From assembly GCA_964428655.1 (NCBI GenBank), contig CAYRYE010000001.1, forward strand, positions 137,328-201,327: a stretch of 64,000 bases of DNA, in the 5' to 3' direction. Below, piece after piece: positions 9,175-18,730 of the stretch. This DNA comes from an uncultured Gammaproteobacteria bacterium (GTDB lineage Bacteria > Patescibacteriota > Microgenomatia > UBA12405 > JAHJSD01). Numbering within the stretch: position 1 is the first letter of the stretch; each line of letters begins with the position of its first letter. Under the pieces are notes generated by a model that was not told where the DNA came from, did not search any database, and saw nothing but the letters and a program-made list of their open reading frames with translations. Both the position numbers and the translations under genes were made by a program.

Positions 9175-10035
9175 TTGATGAATCAATTTAATAAAATCGC
9201 TGTTACTGGTGGTAAAGGCGGTGTTGGTAAATCAACAGTTTCTGTTTTGTTGGCCTCCCAATTATCAAAAAATGCGAGAGTAGTATTGGTTGACGCTGAT
9301 GTAGAATGTCCCAATGATTACTTTTTAATTGGTGAGAAGCTTAGTACCCAGGTTGAGAAAATTTGGGCCAAGTTTCCAATTTTGGTTAAGAAGAGATGCC
9401 AGCGTTGTGGTTTATGCGCCTTGAAATGTCGTTTTAATGCTGTTTTCGCACCTCAAAATAAATATCCCACCTTTGTTCATAAACTTTGCGCTAATTGCGG
9501 TTTATGCTGGCATATTTGTCCTGAAAAAGCAATTAGAGCGAAAAAGAAACAAACAGGAGAAATTTTTGAAAATAAAGTTAGTAAAAACTTGACCTTAATT
9601 ACCGGTAGGACAATAGGAGTGTTAGATGAATCCGGACCTGTTGTTAATGCTTTAAAAAATTATGCTTTAAATAAGGCCAAAAAATTAAAAGCAAAAATAG
9701 TTTTATTTGACACTGCTCCTGGCACCCATTGCAGTGTTATTCAGGCCCTTCTGGGTCTTGATTTTGCTTTTGTAGTTACCGAGCCAACTCCTTTAGGAGC
9801 CCATGATTTAAAACTGATTTTAGAGGTTTTGCAAAGAATTGGCGTCCCTAGCAAGGTAGTTCTCAACCAAGCTGATTTAGGTGATAGAAATTTAGTGGCT
9901 AAAATTACAAATAGGCTTAATACTGAAATTATTGGAGAAATACCATATTCTCGAGAAATTGTTAATTTGTATTCTCAGGGCAAACTTTTAGATTTTAAAG
10001 CTGCTCGAATTGAAAAATGGTTAAAGAAAAAGTAA
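9175..10035 (+). CDS. MinD/ParA-superfamily P-loop ATPase with inserted 2[4Fe-4S] ferredoxin (COG1149)
   Basis: GGKGGVGKST, DADVECPN, CxxCxxCxxxC twice, DTAPGTHC, VTEPTP.G.HDL. Confidence 0.92.
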   Translation: MMNQFNKIAVTGGKGGVGKSTVSVLLASQLSKNARVVLVDADVECPNDYFLIGEKLSTQVEKIWAKFPILVKKRCQRCGLCALKCRFNAVFAPQNKYPTFVHKLCANCGLCWHICPEKAIRAKKKQTGEIFENKVSKNLTLITGRTIGVLDESGPVVNALKNYALNKAKKLKAKIVLFDTAPGTHCSVIQALLGLDFAFVVTEPTPLGAHDLKLILEVLQRIGVPSKVVLNQADLGDRNLVAKITNRLNTEIIGEIPYSREIVNLYSQGKLLDFKAARIEKWLKKK

Positions 10036-10907
10036 AAATTGCTGTTGCTTCCGGCAAAGGCGGGGTTGGTAAATCAATGTTTGCCTCTTGTTTGGCAATT
10101 CTTTTTGCTCAAGAAAAGAAAATAATTGCTGTTGACGCTGATGTTGATGCTCCCAATTTAGACATTTGGTTGGGAAAAGTGAAAAAATGGGATCAGATAA
10201 AAAAAATTTCTGTTTCTGAAAAAGCGATTGTTGTTAGGCAAAAACTCTCACTGTCCAAAGAGTGTTTAGATGTTTGCCAATTTGGCGCCTTAAGTGTAAA
10301 AAACAATAAACTAGCAGTCAATTCCTTTCTTTGTGAAGGTTGCGGCGCTTGCCAGATTGTTTGCCCCTCAGGAGCAATTGAGATGAAAGCGGTTATTAAT
10401 GGTGAAATTCGGATCAAAAGAAACCTTTTTAATTTTCCTTTGATTTCTGCCCAACTTTATCCTGGTGAAACTGGTTCTGGAAAAATTGTTGATGAAATTA
10501 AGCAAGAGGCAGAAAAATTTGACTATGATTTAATGATTATTGATGTTCCGGCCGGAACTGGCTGTCCAGTTATTGCTGCTTTGAAAGATGCCAATCTTGC
10601 CATTTTAATAACTGAACCAATGCCAGCTGCCTTTAGTGATCTGAGAAGAACATTGACTGTTGTCAAATCGTTTAATTTGGACTGGAAAGTGGTTCTTAAT
10701 AAGTGGGACATTAATCTCAAAGTGAGTGAGCGGATCATTGATTGGGCCGGCAATAGGTTTTTGGGCAAAATTAGCTATGATAAAAAAATTTTTCAAGCAA
10801 TTTCCCAATTAAAGCCAATAATGAAAACTAATTTGCCGGTTAAAAAGGAAATCGAAAAGATTTTTCAAGAGTTATCATTGAGTTTTAAGAGGAAAGGAGT
10901 AAAATAG
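10017..10907 (+). CDS. MinD/ParA-superfamily P-loop ATPase with inserted ferredoxin (COG1149 paralogue)
   Basis: SGKGGVGKS, DADVDAPNL, CEGCGAC..VCP, SGKIV, PAGTGCPVIA. Confidence 0.92.
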   Translation: MVKEKVKIAVASGKGGVGKSMFASCLAILFAQEKKIIAVDADVDAPNLDIWLGKVKKWDQIKKISVSEKAIVVRQKLSLSKECLDVCQFGALSVKNNKLAVNSFLCEGCGACQIVCPSGAIEMKAVINGEIRIKRNLFNFPLISAQLYPGETGSGKIVDEIKQEAEKFDYDLMIIDVPAGTGCPVIAALKDANLAILITEPMPAAFSDLRRTLTVVKSFNLDWKVVLNKWDINLKVSERIIDWAGNRFLGKISYDKKIFQAISQLKPIMKTNLPVKKEIEKIFQELSLSFKRKGVK

Positions 10908-10911
10908 CTTT

Positions 10912-12063
10912 GTGACTTTTCCAGTTAGAAAATTGCTTCACTGTTTTTTTAGTTTGTTTTTGTTTTTATCTTTAGCAATCCCTGTTTTTGCCAACCAAGA
11001 TTCAAAAGCAGTTATTTATTTTTTCTGGGGTCAAGGCTGTCCTCACTGCGCCAGGGAAGAAGTTTTTCTAAATGAATTGGCAAAGAAATATTCTAATCTA
11101 GAAATAAAAAGTTTTGAAACTACTCACAGCAGAGAAAACATTGAAATTGCTGAAGAGTTTAGAAAAAAATTAAATATTAAAAATCCAGGCATTCCTTTAG
11201 CTATCATTGAAGATAAATATTTTATTGGTTATTTAAGTGATGAAACAACGGGAAAGGAAATAGAAGCAATTGTTAAAAAAAGCTTGGGTATTTCTGACCA
11301 AGAGAAATTGGCTTTAAACAGAATTAACTTGCCTTTTTTAGGAGAAGTTAATATTAAGGATTTTTCACTTCCTCTCCTTTCTGTTGCTTTAGGGTTTTTG
11401 GACGGCTTTAATCCTTGTGCTATGTGGACCTTGGTTTTTCTTATTAGTCTTCTTTTGGGAATGAGAGATAGAAAAAGAATGTGGATTTTAGGAAGCGCTT
11501 TTATTGTTGCTTCTGCCTTTGTTTATTTTATTATTATGGCCGCTTGGTTAAATCTCTTTTTGTTTCTAGGATTTATTGTTTGGATCAGAATCATAATTGG
11601 TTTAGTGGCTTTAGGGACCGGCGGTTACAATATTCGTGAGTTTTTTATCAACAAACAGGGCGCTTGCAAAGTAACTGGCAGTAAAAAAAGGAAGGCAGTT
11701 TTTGACAAACTTCGTCAAATTACCCAAAAAAAGGAGTTTTTTCTGGCCTTAATTGGTATTATTCTTTTGGCTTTTGCTGTTAATATGGTTGAATTAGTTT
11801 GTTCTGCCGGGTTGCCGGCTGTTTTTACTCAGATTTTAGTAATCAATAATCTTCCGAAATTACAATATTATCTTTATCTTCTTCTCTATATTTTTTTCTT
11901 TATGATTGATGATCTTTTTATTTTTTTTGTGGCCATGACAACTTTAAAAATGTTTGGTATTGAAGGAAAATATGCTCGGTATTCTCGCCTGATTGGCGGC
12001 TTAATGATGTTGGTTATTGGTATTCTTATGCTTTTCAAGCCAGAATTTTTAATGCTTGGCTAA
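10912..12063 (+). CDS. Thioredoxin/glutaredoxin-fold domain fused to CcdA/DsbD-like membrane domain
   Basis: Signal peptide, GCPHC, DGFNPCAMW and ELVCSAGLP transmembrane Cys pair. Confidence 0.85.
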   Translation: MTFPVRKLLHCFFSLFLFLSLAIPVFANQDSKAVIYFFWGQGCPHCAREEVFLNELAKKYSNLEIKSFETTHSRENIEIAEEFRKKLNIKNPGIPLAIIEDKYFIGYLSDETTGKEIEAIVKKSLGISDQEKLALNRINLPFLGEVNIKDFSLPLLSVALGFLDGFNPCAMWTLVFLISLLLGMRDRKRMWILGSAFIVASAFVYFIIMAAWLNLFLFLGFIVWIRIIIGLVALGTGGYNIREFFINKQGACKVTGSKKRKAVFDKLRQITQKKEFFLALIGIILLAFAVNMVELVCSAGLPAVFTQILVINNLPKLQYYLYLLLYIFFFMIDDLFIFFVAMTTLKMFGIEGKYARYSRLIGGLMMLVIGILMLFKPEFLMLG

Positions 12064-12081
12064 AAAGAGAACTAGCTTCTA

Positions 12082-12110
12082 TTGAACCTTGGGTAGACTA
12101 ATGATAAAAT
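12082..12110 (+). promoter_or_regulatory. Promoter for tRNA pair
   Basis: TTGAAC-17-TAAAAT upstream of tRNA-Val. Confidence 0.6.
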
Positions 12111-12122
12111 TACTTTACTTTT

Positions 12123-12195
12123 GGGCGGTTAGCTCAGTTGGTAGAGTACCCGCTTGACGTGCGGAAGGTCAGAGGTTCGAGTCCTCTACCGCCCA
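12123..12195 (+). tRNA. tRNA-Val(GAC), CCA not encoded
   Basis: Acceptor GGGCGGT/ACCGCCC, D arm AGCTCAGTTGGTAGAGT, anticodon loop TTGACGT, GGTTCGAGTCC. Confidence 0.95.
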
Positions 12196-12230
12196 CTGCA
12201 CTCCGCCCGTAGTTTTGACACTAGGTAAGA

Positions 12231-12304
12231 GGGCACATAGCTCAGTTGGTTAGAGTGTCGTCCTGATAAGACGAAGGTCCCTGGTTCGAGTCCAGGTGTG
12301 CCCA
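12231..12304 (+). tRNA. tRNA-Ile(GAT), CCA not encoded
   Basis: Acceptor GGGCACA/TGTGCCC, anticodon arm TCGTC-CTGATAA-GACGA, GGTTCGAGTCC. Confidence 0.95.
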
Positions 12305-12484
12305 CAAGATTTATTCTTCGTTTGGTGAGTAACTTGTGAGCTTGTCCTGAGGAACGAAAGGAGTCTTGCTCAGGAGCCAGTTAGAAAAAGCTAATTTTAT
12401 CAAGGTTGCCTAAGGTTGCACCAAGCGTCCAGTCTTTTTTATTCTCTAAGCGCCGAGAAAATAGATCTAAATATTTGTACTTGT

Positions 12485-12988
12485 TTAATAATATTGAATT
12501 TTGTCTAATCCTTCTTTAACACCAAGCCTTAACAGTCTGGCAAAGACCGTTGGATCTAAAGCATAAACAATAGCAAAAGAACTGGCGAAGATGATTACTG
12601 CCAGCCACCTGGTATATCGACCGCGGGTGCGGGTAAAAAGAACTGCTGACAAAGCAGCCATTACTGTCGGGGCAACAACCTTAATATCACCTAAGGGAAT
12701 AGCGTGACCGGCAATATATCGTTGTTCAGTACCTAAAAAACTGGCTAAATCAAAGCTGACATTGCCTAAAATAAATACAATCTCCAAGATAAAAACTATG
12801 AGCAACCCCCAAGAGGCACTCTTGGTTGATACTCCTTCGGTGCGATAAACTTCATAAAGAATAGTGGGAAGAAGAAAAAGCATTGTCATGAGCGGGTTTA
12901 GGGTATTAAGACCCCAAAGGACACCTACAGCTGCTAAAAAAGTAAGTCCTAAACAAATTGGCGTAGCGTATTGATAGGGTTTGGCCAT
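12485..12988 (-). CDS. Hypothetical membrane protein
   Basis: 167-aa ORF with about 5 hydrophobic segments; no family recognised. Confidence 0.7.
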   Translation of the reverse strand: MAKPYQYATPICLGLTFLAAVGVLWGLNTLNPLMTMLFLLPTILYEVYRTEGVSTKSASWGLLIVFILEIVFILGNVSFDLASFLGTEQRYIAGHAIPLGDIKVVAPTVMAALSAVLFTRTRGRYTRWLAVIIFASSFAIVYALDPTVFARLLRLGVKEGLDKIQYY

Positions 12989-13131
12989 TTTGGCAATCTG
13001 CTTTTAATTAAATTCAGACTAACACCTTTTTTAATTGGCTACAAGGTTTTCTTTTAGAGCCTAGACTACTGTCTTAAGCGTACTTCTTGAGGTTTGCTCT
13101 AAATTTGTATTCTGATAAAATCTGCTATTGG

Positions 13132-13812
13132 ATGTATAATGTTGTTTTTTTTGTTTTATTACTAATAACACCTTGGTTTTGGCGTATAGTAAAAATTAAT
13201 GTTTGGATCGCCCTTTTTGTTTTACTTGCTTTTTTAGCTGTGCTTTATTCAAGAAAATTTAGCAAGCTAGGATTCTTCTCAGTGTTTTTTATGATTATTC
13301 TTCTCGTTTTTCAACTGAAAACGACAAGGAAAACTGACTTTTTTTATCTGGATAATGATCAACAAAGAGTCCAACAAGTGAGATTGAGCGAATATCCTCC
13401 GATAAAGATAGATCTGGGGGGAAAGACAATTTGGTTGCCGGTGGGCTATTGGCTTGAAGGACGCCCAGAATCGATTGCCTTTTATCGAGCGAAACAGAAC
13501 TTTTTTGAGCTTGTTGATTCTAATTTGTATTTCTTTGCTAACCATCCCCGGGAAAGAGTAGGAGTTGAGGAATTTGAGAAGCTTCCTTATATTTTCCTAC
13601 CTTTCTTTATCGCCGGTTTACTTGTTCAGGCCAATAAAAAAAACTGGTGGCACTACTTATGTTTTCTAATCTTGCCGGTACTTATTTTGACCTTCTGGGG
13701 TAATGTCAGCGCGTTGGGACCTTTTTTACTGTTCCCATTTCTTATAATCTCTGTTTTTGACGGTTTTTGTTTTTTAATTTTGAAAAGAAGAGATGGAAGT
13801 AGAAAAAAATAA
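13132..13812 (+). CDS. Hypothetical membrane protein (GT-C-associated)
   Basis: Hydrophobic; YFFANHPRERVG motif; overlaps next GT-C gene. Confidence 0.65.
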   Translation: MYNVVFFVLLLITPWFWRIVKINVWIALFVLLAFLAVLYSRKFSKLGFFSVFFMIILLVFQLKTTRKTDFFYLDNDQQRVQQVRLSEYPPIKIDLGGKTIWLPVGYWLEGRPESIAFYRAKQNFFELVDSNLYFFANHPRERVGVEEFEKLPYIFLPFFIAGLLVQANKKNWWHYLCFLILPVLILTFWGNVSALGPFLLFPFLIISVFDGFCFLILKRRDGSRKK

Positions 13813-15469
13813 AATATTGAACCTTGTATCTCCGGGTCTGTTAATAATTGCGGCTATTTTATTGTTCACTTATAAATTAGATAAAATACCACCGGGCCTA
13901 TATGTTGATGAAGCCAATATTGGCTATAACGCCTATTCAATTCTTAAAACGGGTAAAGATGAGTATGGCAAGAGCTTTCCGGTTTTATTTAGATTGTTCG
14001 GTTCTTATACCCCTGGTTTATTTATTTACTGTTTAGTTCCTTTTATCCGGTTGTTTGGATTAAAAGTTTGGACAATTAGACTATTATCTGTGTTTTCCGG
14101 GGTGCTACTGACGATACTTGTCTTTTTGTTTCTCAAATCAATAAAAAAAAGAAACAGATTGCTGCCTTTATTAGGAGCCCTTCTTTTTATTATTTCTCCC
14201 TGGACAGTCTTTTACAGTCGACTGGGTTATGAGGTAACTTTCGCTTTTGCTCTTTATAGTTTGGGTGTTTATTGGCTTTGGCTGGGGTTAAAAAGACCAA
14301 AATATATAATATTGGGGTTGATCACCCTCTCTTTTTCCGCTTATGGTGCGCATGCACAAAGGTATTTGGCTCCTCTTTTCATCCTTTCTTTTATGGTGAT
14401 TTTCAGTAAAAAGATTTTTAAAAAAAGCTATAAGAAATGGCTTTTGGCTGGTTTTCTTCTGGCATTTTTTATCCAAATCCCCCAGATTCTTCTTATTAAT
14501 ACTCCTGCATTTTGGAATAAGGGAGATATGTTTTATTCCGAGCGAGTTATCAGCTGGAGTCAGGACTGTTTAAGCGGCATTCCACCTTTTTTGGCTGTGC
14601 CGATTGCTTTTGGACGAGAATTGTTATCTCAATGGTTTGCTTATTACTCACCTCGATCACTCTTTTTTTTGCCTGACCCCGATTTACAAAGATCATTACC
14701 GGAGCTATCTGTTTTTTATGACTGGATGATAGTTTCTTATATTTTTGGTTTATTTATACTTTGGAAAGAGAGAAAAGAAGATTGGGCTAAATGTGTTTTC
14801 CTGTTGTTTTTTCTGGCTCCTCTTCCCACTGCTTTTGTGGGTGATCCTTTTTCTACTCAGCGAGCTTTGGCTCTTCTTTTTCCTATGATAATTATCATTT
14901 CCTTGGGGACTAATAAATTAATTTTTCACCTACAAAAATGTTGGTTAAGAGTAATTGTTCTGGGTGCATTAGTGGGTTATTCATTAATTTTTCTGTGGAG
15001 AAGTTATTTTGTTCTTTTTCCTCAAGAAAGAGCTGTAATATGGGGCCAGGGATATGAACAGTTGGCTGCAATTATCAAAAATAATCCTGATCAAAAATAT
15101 GTAATTGATCAGTTTAGAATGAAGCCTGTTTATATAGAGTTGCTTTTTTATTGGCAATACCCTCCGGGTAAATTACATAAAGAAGTTGATCAGGAAATTC
15201 TTAAGAATTATTACGGGTTAACAAAATTTAGTCCTTACTATAATATTGCCAATGTAGAAATAAGACCTATTGTTTGGGGAAACGATATATACAACGAGCA
15301 GATTTTAGTTGGCGATGAATTGTCAATATCTCCAGAACAAGCGATTGAACATTTTTTGAAAGAAACATTTGAAATAAAAGATCCGTTAGGTAATTTGATA
15401 TTCCGTGGTTATCTTACCAATCCGAAATTAAAGTGTGAGATTAACCCTCAAAACATCGAGTGTCAATAA
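13793..15469 (+). CDS. ArnT/PMT-like GT-C glycosyltransferase
   Basis: PPGLYVDEANIGYNAYSILKTGKDEYG, ISPW..FYSR..YE, multi-pass TM. Confidence 0.88.
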   Translation: MEVEKNKILNLVSPGLLIIAAILLFTYKLDKIPPGLYVDEANIGYNAYSILKTGKDEYGKSFPVLFRLFGSYTPGLFIYCLVPFIRLFGLKVWTIRLLSVFSGVLLTILVFLFLKSIKKRNRLLPLLGALLFIISPWTVFYSRLGYEVTFAFALYSLGVYWLWLGLKRPKYIILGLITLSFSAYGAHAQRYLAPLFILSFMVIFSKKIFKKSYKKWLLAGFLLAFFIQIPQILLINTPAFWNKGDMFYSERVISWSQDCLSGIPPFLAVPIAFGRELLSQWFAYYSPRSLFFLPDPDLQRSLPELSVFYDWMIVSYIFGLFILWKERKEDWAKCVFLLFFLAPLPTAFVGDPFSTQRALALLFPMIIIISLGTNKLIFHLQKCWLRVIVLGALVGYSLIFLWRSYFVLFPQERAVIWGQGYEQLAAIIKNNPDQKYVIDQFRMKPVYIELLFYWQYPPGKLHKEVDQEILKNYYGLTKFSPYYNIANVEIRPIVWGNDIYNEQILVGDELSISPEQAIEHFLKETFEIKDPLGNLIFRGYLTNPKLKCEINPQNIECQ

Positions 15470-15561
15470 GACTGTTAAATAAAAAGATACCCAGGACACC
15501 TGAAAGTGTGTTTATCTAGCTGTGTTAAAATTAACCATTGGTAGAATTATGATTACGAGTT

Positions 15562-16359
15562 ATGGATACGTTGTCGCAAGCAGAATACGAAAAAGGTGTT
15601 AATCTCGAGAGGAAGATCTTTTATTGTGTATTGGAAGAAATACAGTCTCATATATTTATTACACCGGATTCTCTGGAATATCGGGATTATCTAAGAGGTT
15701 GGATGGGAAAGGTTCGTCAAAATGAAGAGTTGAAAGAAGCGGTTTTTTTTCCTGTTGGATCCGTTGCCGCGGGGATGGTAAAAGAAGCTCAGGGCAGTGA
15801 TGTTGATGGCAATATTTTTTATAGTTGTAGTGAAGAACAATTTCCTAAAATTCAAGAGTTAATATTCAAAATTGAACCTCCTGAGGAGTATCAGCCTTTC
15901 TTTGTTTTTTCAAGGATAGATAATTATTTTGAAGATTTGGCTGAAGATATGAGGAGTGCCATTGCCGTTGACAGTCCTTATAGGCTTCGAGGGATAGCAA
16001 TGCTTTTTGCTCCAAGTTTGTCGGAACAGGCAAATAGAATGGAAAGGGAAAGAGTTGACGGGTGGCGAAAAAAAGCTTTGTCTTTGATAAATTCTTTGCC
16101 AGAAGATCAGAAAAAGGAAGCGTGGGAATTAATAACTCGTTTTTTGGAACAACAATTTGTCCATTATGAGGAAAGTGAAGGAGGAAATACGGGAAAAAGA
16201 AAAAAGAGGGTTGATGAGCGGATTGATGAGGTTGTAGAACAGAGATTCCCTGGGAATGGGGAAAAACAAAAAAGAGCGAAATCTTTTATTAAGACAAAGA
16301 GAAAAAGTTTCAAATATCTTTCATTTCAAGAAATGAAACGAGCGTATAATATTGTTTAA
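15562..16359 (+). CDS. Hypothetical protein with possible Pol-beta-type nucleotidyltransferase motif
   Basis: FFPVGSVAAG...GSDVDGNIFY resembles hGS-x-DhD. Confidence 0.5.
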   Translation: MDTLSQAEYEKGVNLERKIFYCVLEEIQSHIFITPDSLEYRDYLRGWMGKVRQNEELKEAVFFPVGSVAAGMVKEAQGSDVDGNIFYSCSEEQFPKIQELIFKIEPPEEYQPFFVFSRIDNYFEDLAEDMRSAIAVDSPYRLRGIAMLFAPSLSEQANRMERERVDGWRKKALSLINSLPEDQKKEAWELITRFLEQQFVHYEESEGGNTGKRKKRVDERIDEVVEQRFPGNGEKQKRAKSFIKTKRKSFKYLSFQEMKRAYNIV

Positions 16360-16442
16360 GTTTTTTCGAAGTGGAAGGTGTCTGCTAAAAAAGATATTAG
16401 TCTTGCTTGAATAGACGGGATTTGTTATATTTGAAGCAGAGA

Positions 16443-17300
16443 ATGACAAAAAGAGGCTTGTTTGTATTAATTGCCGCCGTAGGTGTAATTGGTTTGCTTG
16501 TTTTTATCTTTACTGATGGATTGAGTAGTAAAAAAGCTGCTGTCCAGCTAAATGCTTATCCCAAGTCAACTGTTTATATCGACGGTAAGCAGGCGGGAAC
16601 CACTCCTTATGACAACGACGACATTAAATCAGGAGAGGTGGTATTAAAACTGGTTCCTGAGGCTGACTTTTCCGCTTCTTGGGAAAGAAAGTTAACTTTG
16701 AATCCGGAAACGCAAACAGTAATTAATTGGCAGTTTGATGCTAATTCTGACTATGAAGCTGGGGAGCTTCTTTATTTAGAAAAGACTAGTTTTAAAGACA
16801 AAGCTGGTTTAATAGTCAGCTGTTCTCCTGATTCTTGTTCGGTTACGGTTGATGGCCAAATGAGAGGTTTTGCCCCCTTGAATTTAGAAGATATTGGCGA
16901 GGGAAGTCATAAGATTTTGATTTCTCTGCCAGGGTATAAAACTAAAGAAATTATGGCCCGAGCCGTTAATCATTATCGCCTTGTAGCCGAGGTTAAATTA
17001 GCAAAAGAAACTGTTTCTGAGGAAGAGTTAACTGAAGAAGATGAAGAAGATAAGGAAGGGGAGAAAACCAGCGAGGAAAAAGAAGAAGAGATAGAGAGGC
17101 CTTATGTCCTTATTAAAGACACTCCAACTGGGTGGCTTCGAGTTCGGATGGGACCGGCAACAACGGCTACTGAAGCGGCCAAAGTTAATCCGGGAGAAAA
17201 ATTCCCTCTTTTAGGCCAAGAATCCGGTTGGTACGAGATTAGTTACGAGGATGAAAAAGAAGGTTGGATATCAGGCCGCTATGCCGAGAAATTCGAGTGA
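16443..17300 (+). CDS. Membrane-anchored PEGA-domain protein with C-terminal bacterial SH3 domain
   Basis: VYIDGK.AGTTP and VTVDG...G.APL PEGA repeats; acidic linker; LRVR.GP......V.PGE......WY.I....GWIS. Confidence 0.85.
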   Translation: MTKRGLFVLIAAVGVIGLLVFIFTDGLSSKKAAVQLNAYPKSTVYIDGKQAGTTPYDNDDIKSGEVVLKLVPEADFSASWERKLTLNPETQTVINWQFDANSDYEAGELLYLEKTSFKDKAGLIVSCSPDSCSVTVDGQMRGFAPLNLEDIGEGSHKILISLPGYKTKEIMARAVNHYRLVAEVKLAKETVSEEELTEEDEEDKEGEKTSEEKEEEIERPYVLIKDTPTGWLRVRMGPATTATEAAKVNPGEKFPLLGQESGWYEISYEDEKEGWISGRYAEKFE

Positions 17301-18328
17301 TTTTTCCTAATAATTCTTTTTAAACTGATAATTAGTATTGCCATCCCGGCAATTACCATCATAAAGGCCCATAATTTTTGTTTGCTGTTAAGGTTAAGCA
17401 CGATTACTCCCAAAATGGCTGAGAAGGCGCAATAAATAATAGCTACAGCCGGTTTTGACACTCCCACTTTCAGGAGTAGGTGATGGAGATGTTCAGCGTC
17501 TCCCCAGACAGGAATCTTTCCTCGCCGGAGTCTTCTGACGACTGCCCAAATACCGTCAACCATCGGTATTCCCAAGGTGAGGATAACAGTGGCTAATTTA
17601 GCTCCGGAAAGGATAGCCAGAGTGGCCAGAAATAATCCGGCCAGGCTTTTGCCGCTATATCCAGGCATAATTTTCTGAGGGTAGAAATTAAAAGGCAAGA
17701 ATCCCAGGTAGGCTCCGGTGACCGCGCCTGCCAGAATGACGACTGGCCATTGGGTTATATCTTGAGCAAATCTTAGGCTGAGCAAACCAATAACGAAGCT
17801 GGTAATAGCAACAAAACCAGGTAGTTGACCGTCAACCCCGGCTGACCAGCCGACTACATTCATGCACCAGACAATCCAAACCAAAGTGAGCAAATCACTT
17901 AATTTGAAAAACCCCAGATTTGTTTCCAGTTGTAAAATCCCCCCAAGGGGGTCAGTGATGAATTTTATACTAATGCCGGAGTTAATAATTATTAGGGCAG
18001 AGATGATATTAGTTATTAGCCGGATGTAGGGGTTGATTTCAAAAATGTCGTCTAGGGCGCCAAAAACTAAAGTGATAAAAGCGGCCAGAAGGATGGCTTT
18101 TAAGTGAGGGTCAACAGTGAGGAACATAAGGGCGGTAATGAAAACAGCCATAAAAATACTAATGCCCCCGCCTCGGGGTATAGGTTGATTATGAATATTT
18201 TTGGGGTGTTGTTTTTTTCGAGGGTCATCCAGCCAGCCCATTTTTTTGAAGATAAAGATGGTAATCGGTGTCATTGTCAAAGAGATTAAGAAAGAAATAG
18301 CCAACGGTTTAAATAGGAGAGCGTTCAT
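17279..18328 (-). CDS. MraY/WecA/TagO family polyprenyl-phosphate GlcNAc-1-P transferase
   Basis: H..PIPRGGG, GALDD, N......GVDG, FLPFNFYPQKIMPG, DAEHLHH. Confidence 0.92.
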   Translation of the reverse strand: MNALLFKPLAISFLISLTMTPITIFIFKKMGWLDDPRKKQHPKNIHNQPIPRGGGISIFMAVFITALMFLTVDPHLKAILLAAFITLVFGALDDIFEINPYIRLITNIISALIIINSGISIKFITDPLGGILQLETNLGFFKLSDLLTLVWIVWCMNVVGWSAGVDGQLPGFVAITSFVIGLLSLRFAQDITQWPVVILAGAVTGAYLGFLPFNFYPQKIMPGYSGKSLAGLFLATLAILSGAKLATVILTLGIPMVDGIWAVVRRLRRGKIPVWGDAEHLHHLLLKVGVSKPAVAIIYCAFSAILGVIVLNLNSKQKLWAFMMVIAGMAILIISLKRIIRKNHSNFSA

Positions 18329-18334
18329 ATTATT

Positions 18335-18727
18335 TTAAGTTGCTAGAATGATAATCTTAACTAAAGTTATAGTTGAAAATAGAGCAACAATGGTGCTACC
18401 CCAAACAAGACAGATACTGGAGAATTTTTTCTTTTCAAAAAAGAAGGTTGCCAGAAAGATGTTGGTTAGCATGAATAGGAGAGAAATACTCGGCAGGACA
18501 AAAAGTGATTGAGGAGGCGTTAGCTGGGACTCACCCCAAGGCTGACTGTAATATAAAGGAACTTGAGGAGGAAGGCGGGGGAAAGAAAAGAAGATTAATC
18601 CTGCTTGAATCACGATTAAGATGATGGTTAATTGAATAGCTCGGAGGATTGATTTATCTATCCAAAGATGACCGAGATTGGTTAGAAAGGAAATTAAAGT
18701 TTTGCTGGATGACTTGATGACGGGCAT
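18335..18727 (-). CDS. DUF1648-like small membrane protein
   Basis: LPPQVPLYYS.PWG motif between TM helices. Confidence 0.7.
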   Translation of the reverse strand: MPVIKSSSKTLISFLTNLGHLWIDKSILRAIQLTIILIVIQAGLIFFSFPRLPPQVPLYYSQPWGESQLTPPQSLFVLPSISLLFMLTNIFLATFFFEKKKFSSICLVWGSTIVALFSTITLVKIIILAT

Positions 18728-18730
18728 GGG

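Noticed and set aside
12123-12304. tRNA introns or prophage att sites at the tRNAs
   Set aside because: All four tRNAs are normal length, no duplicated tRNA 3' end was seen and no integrase is present.
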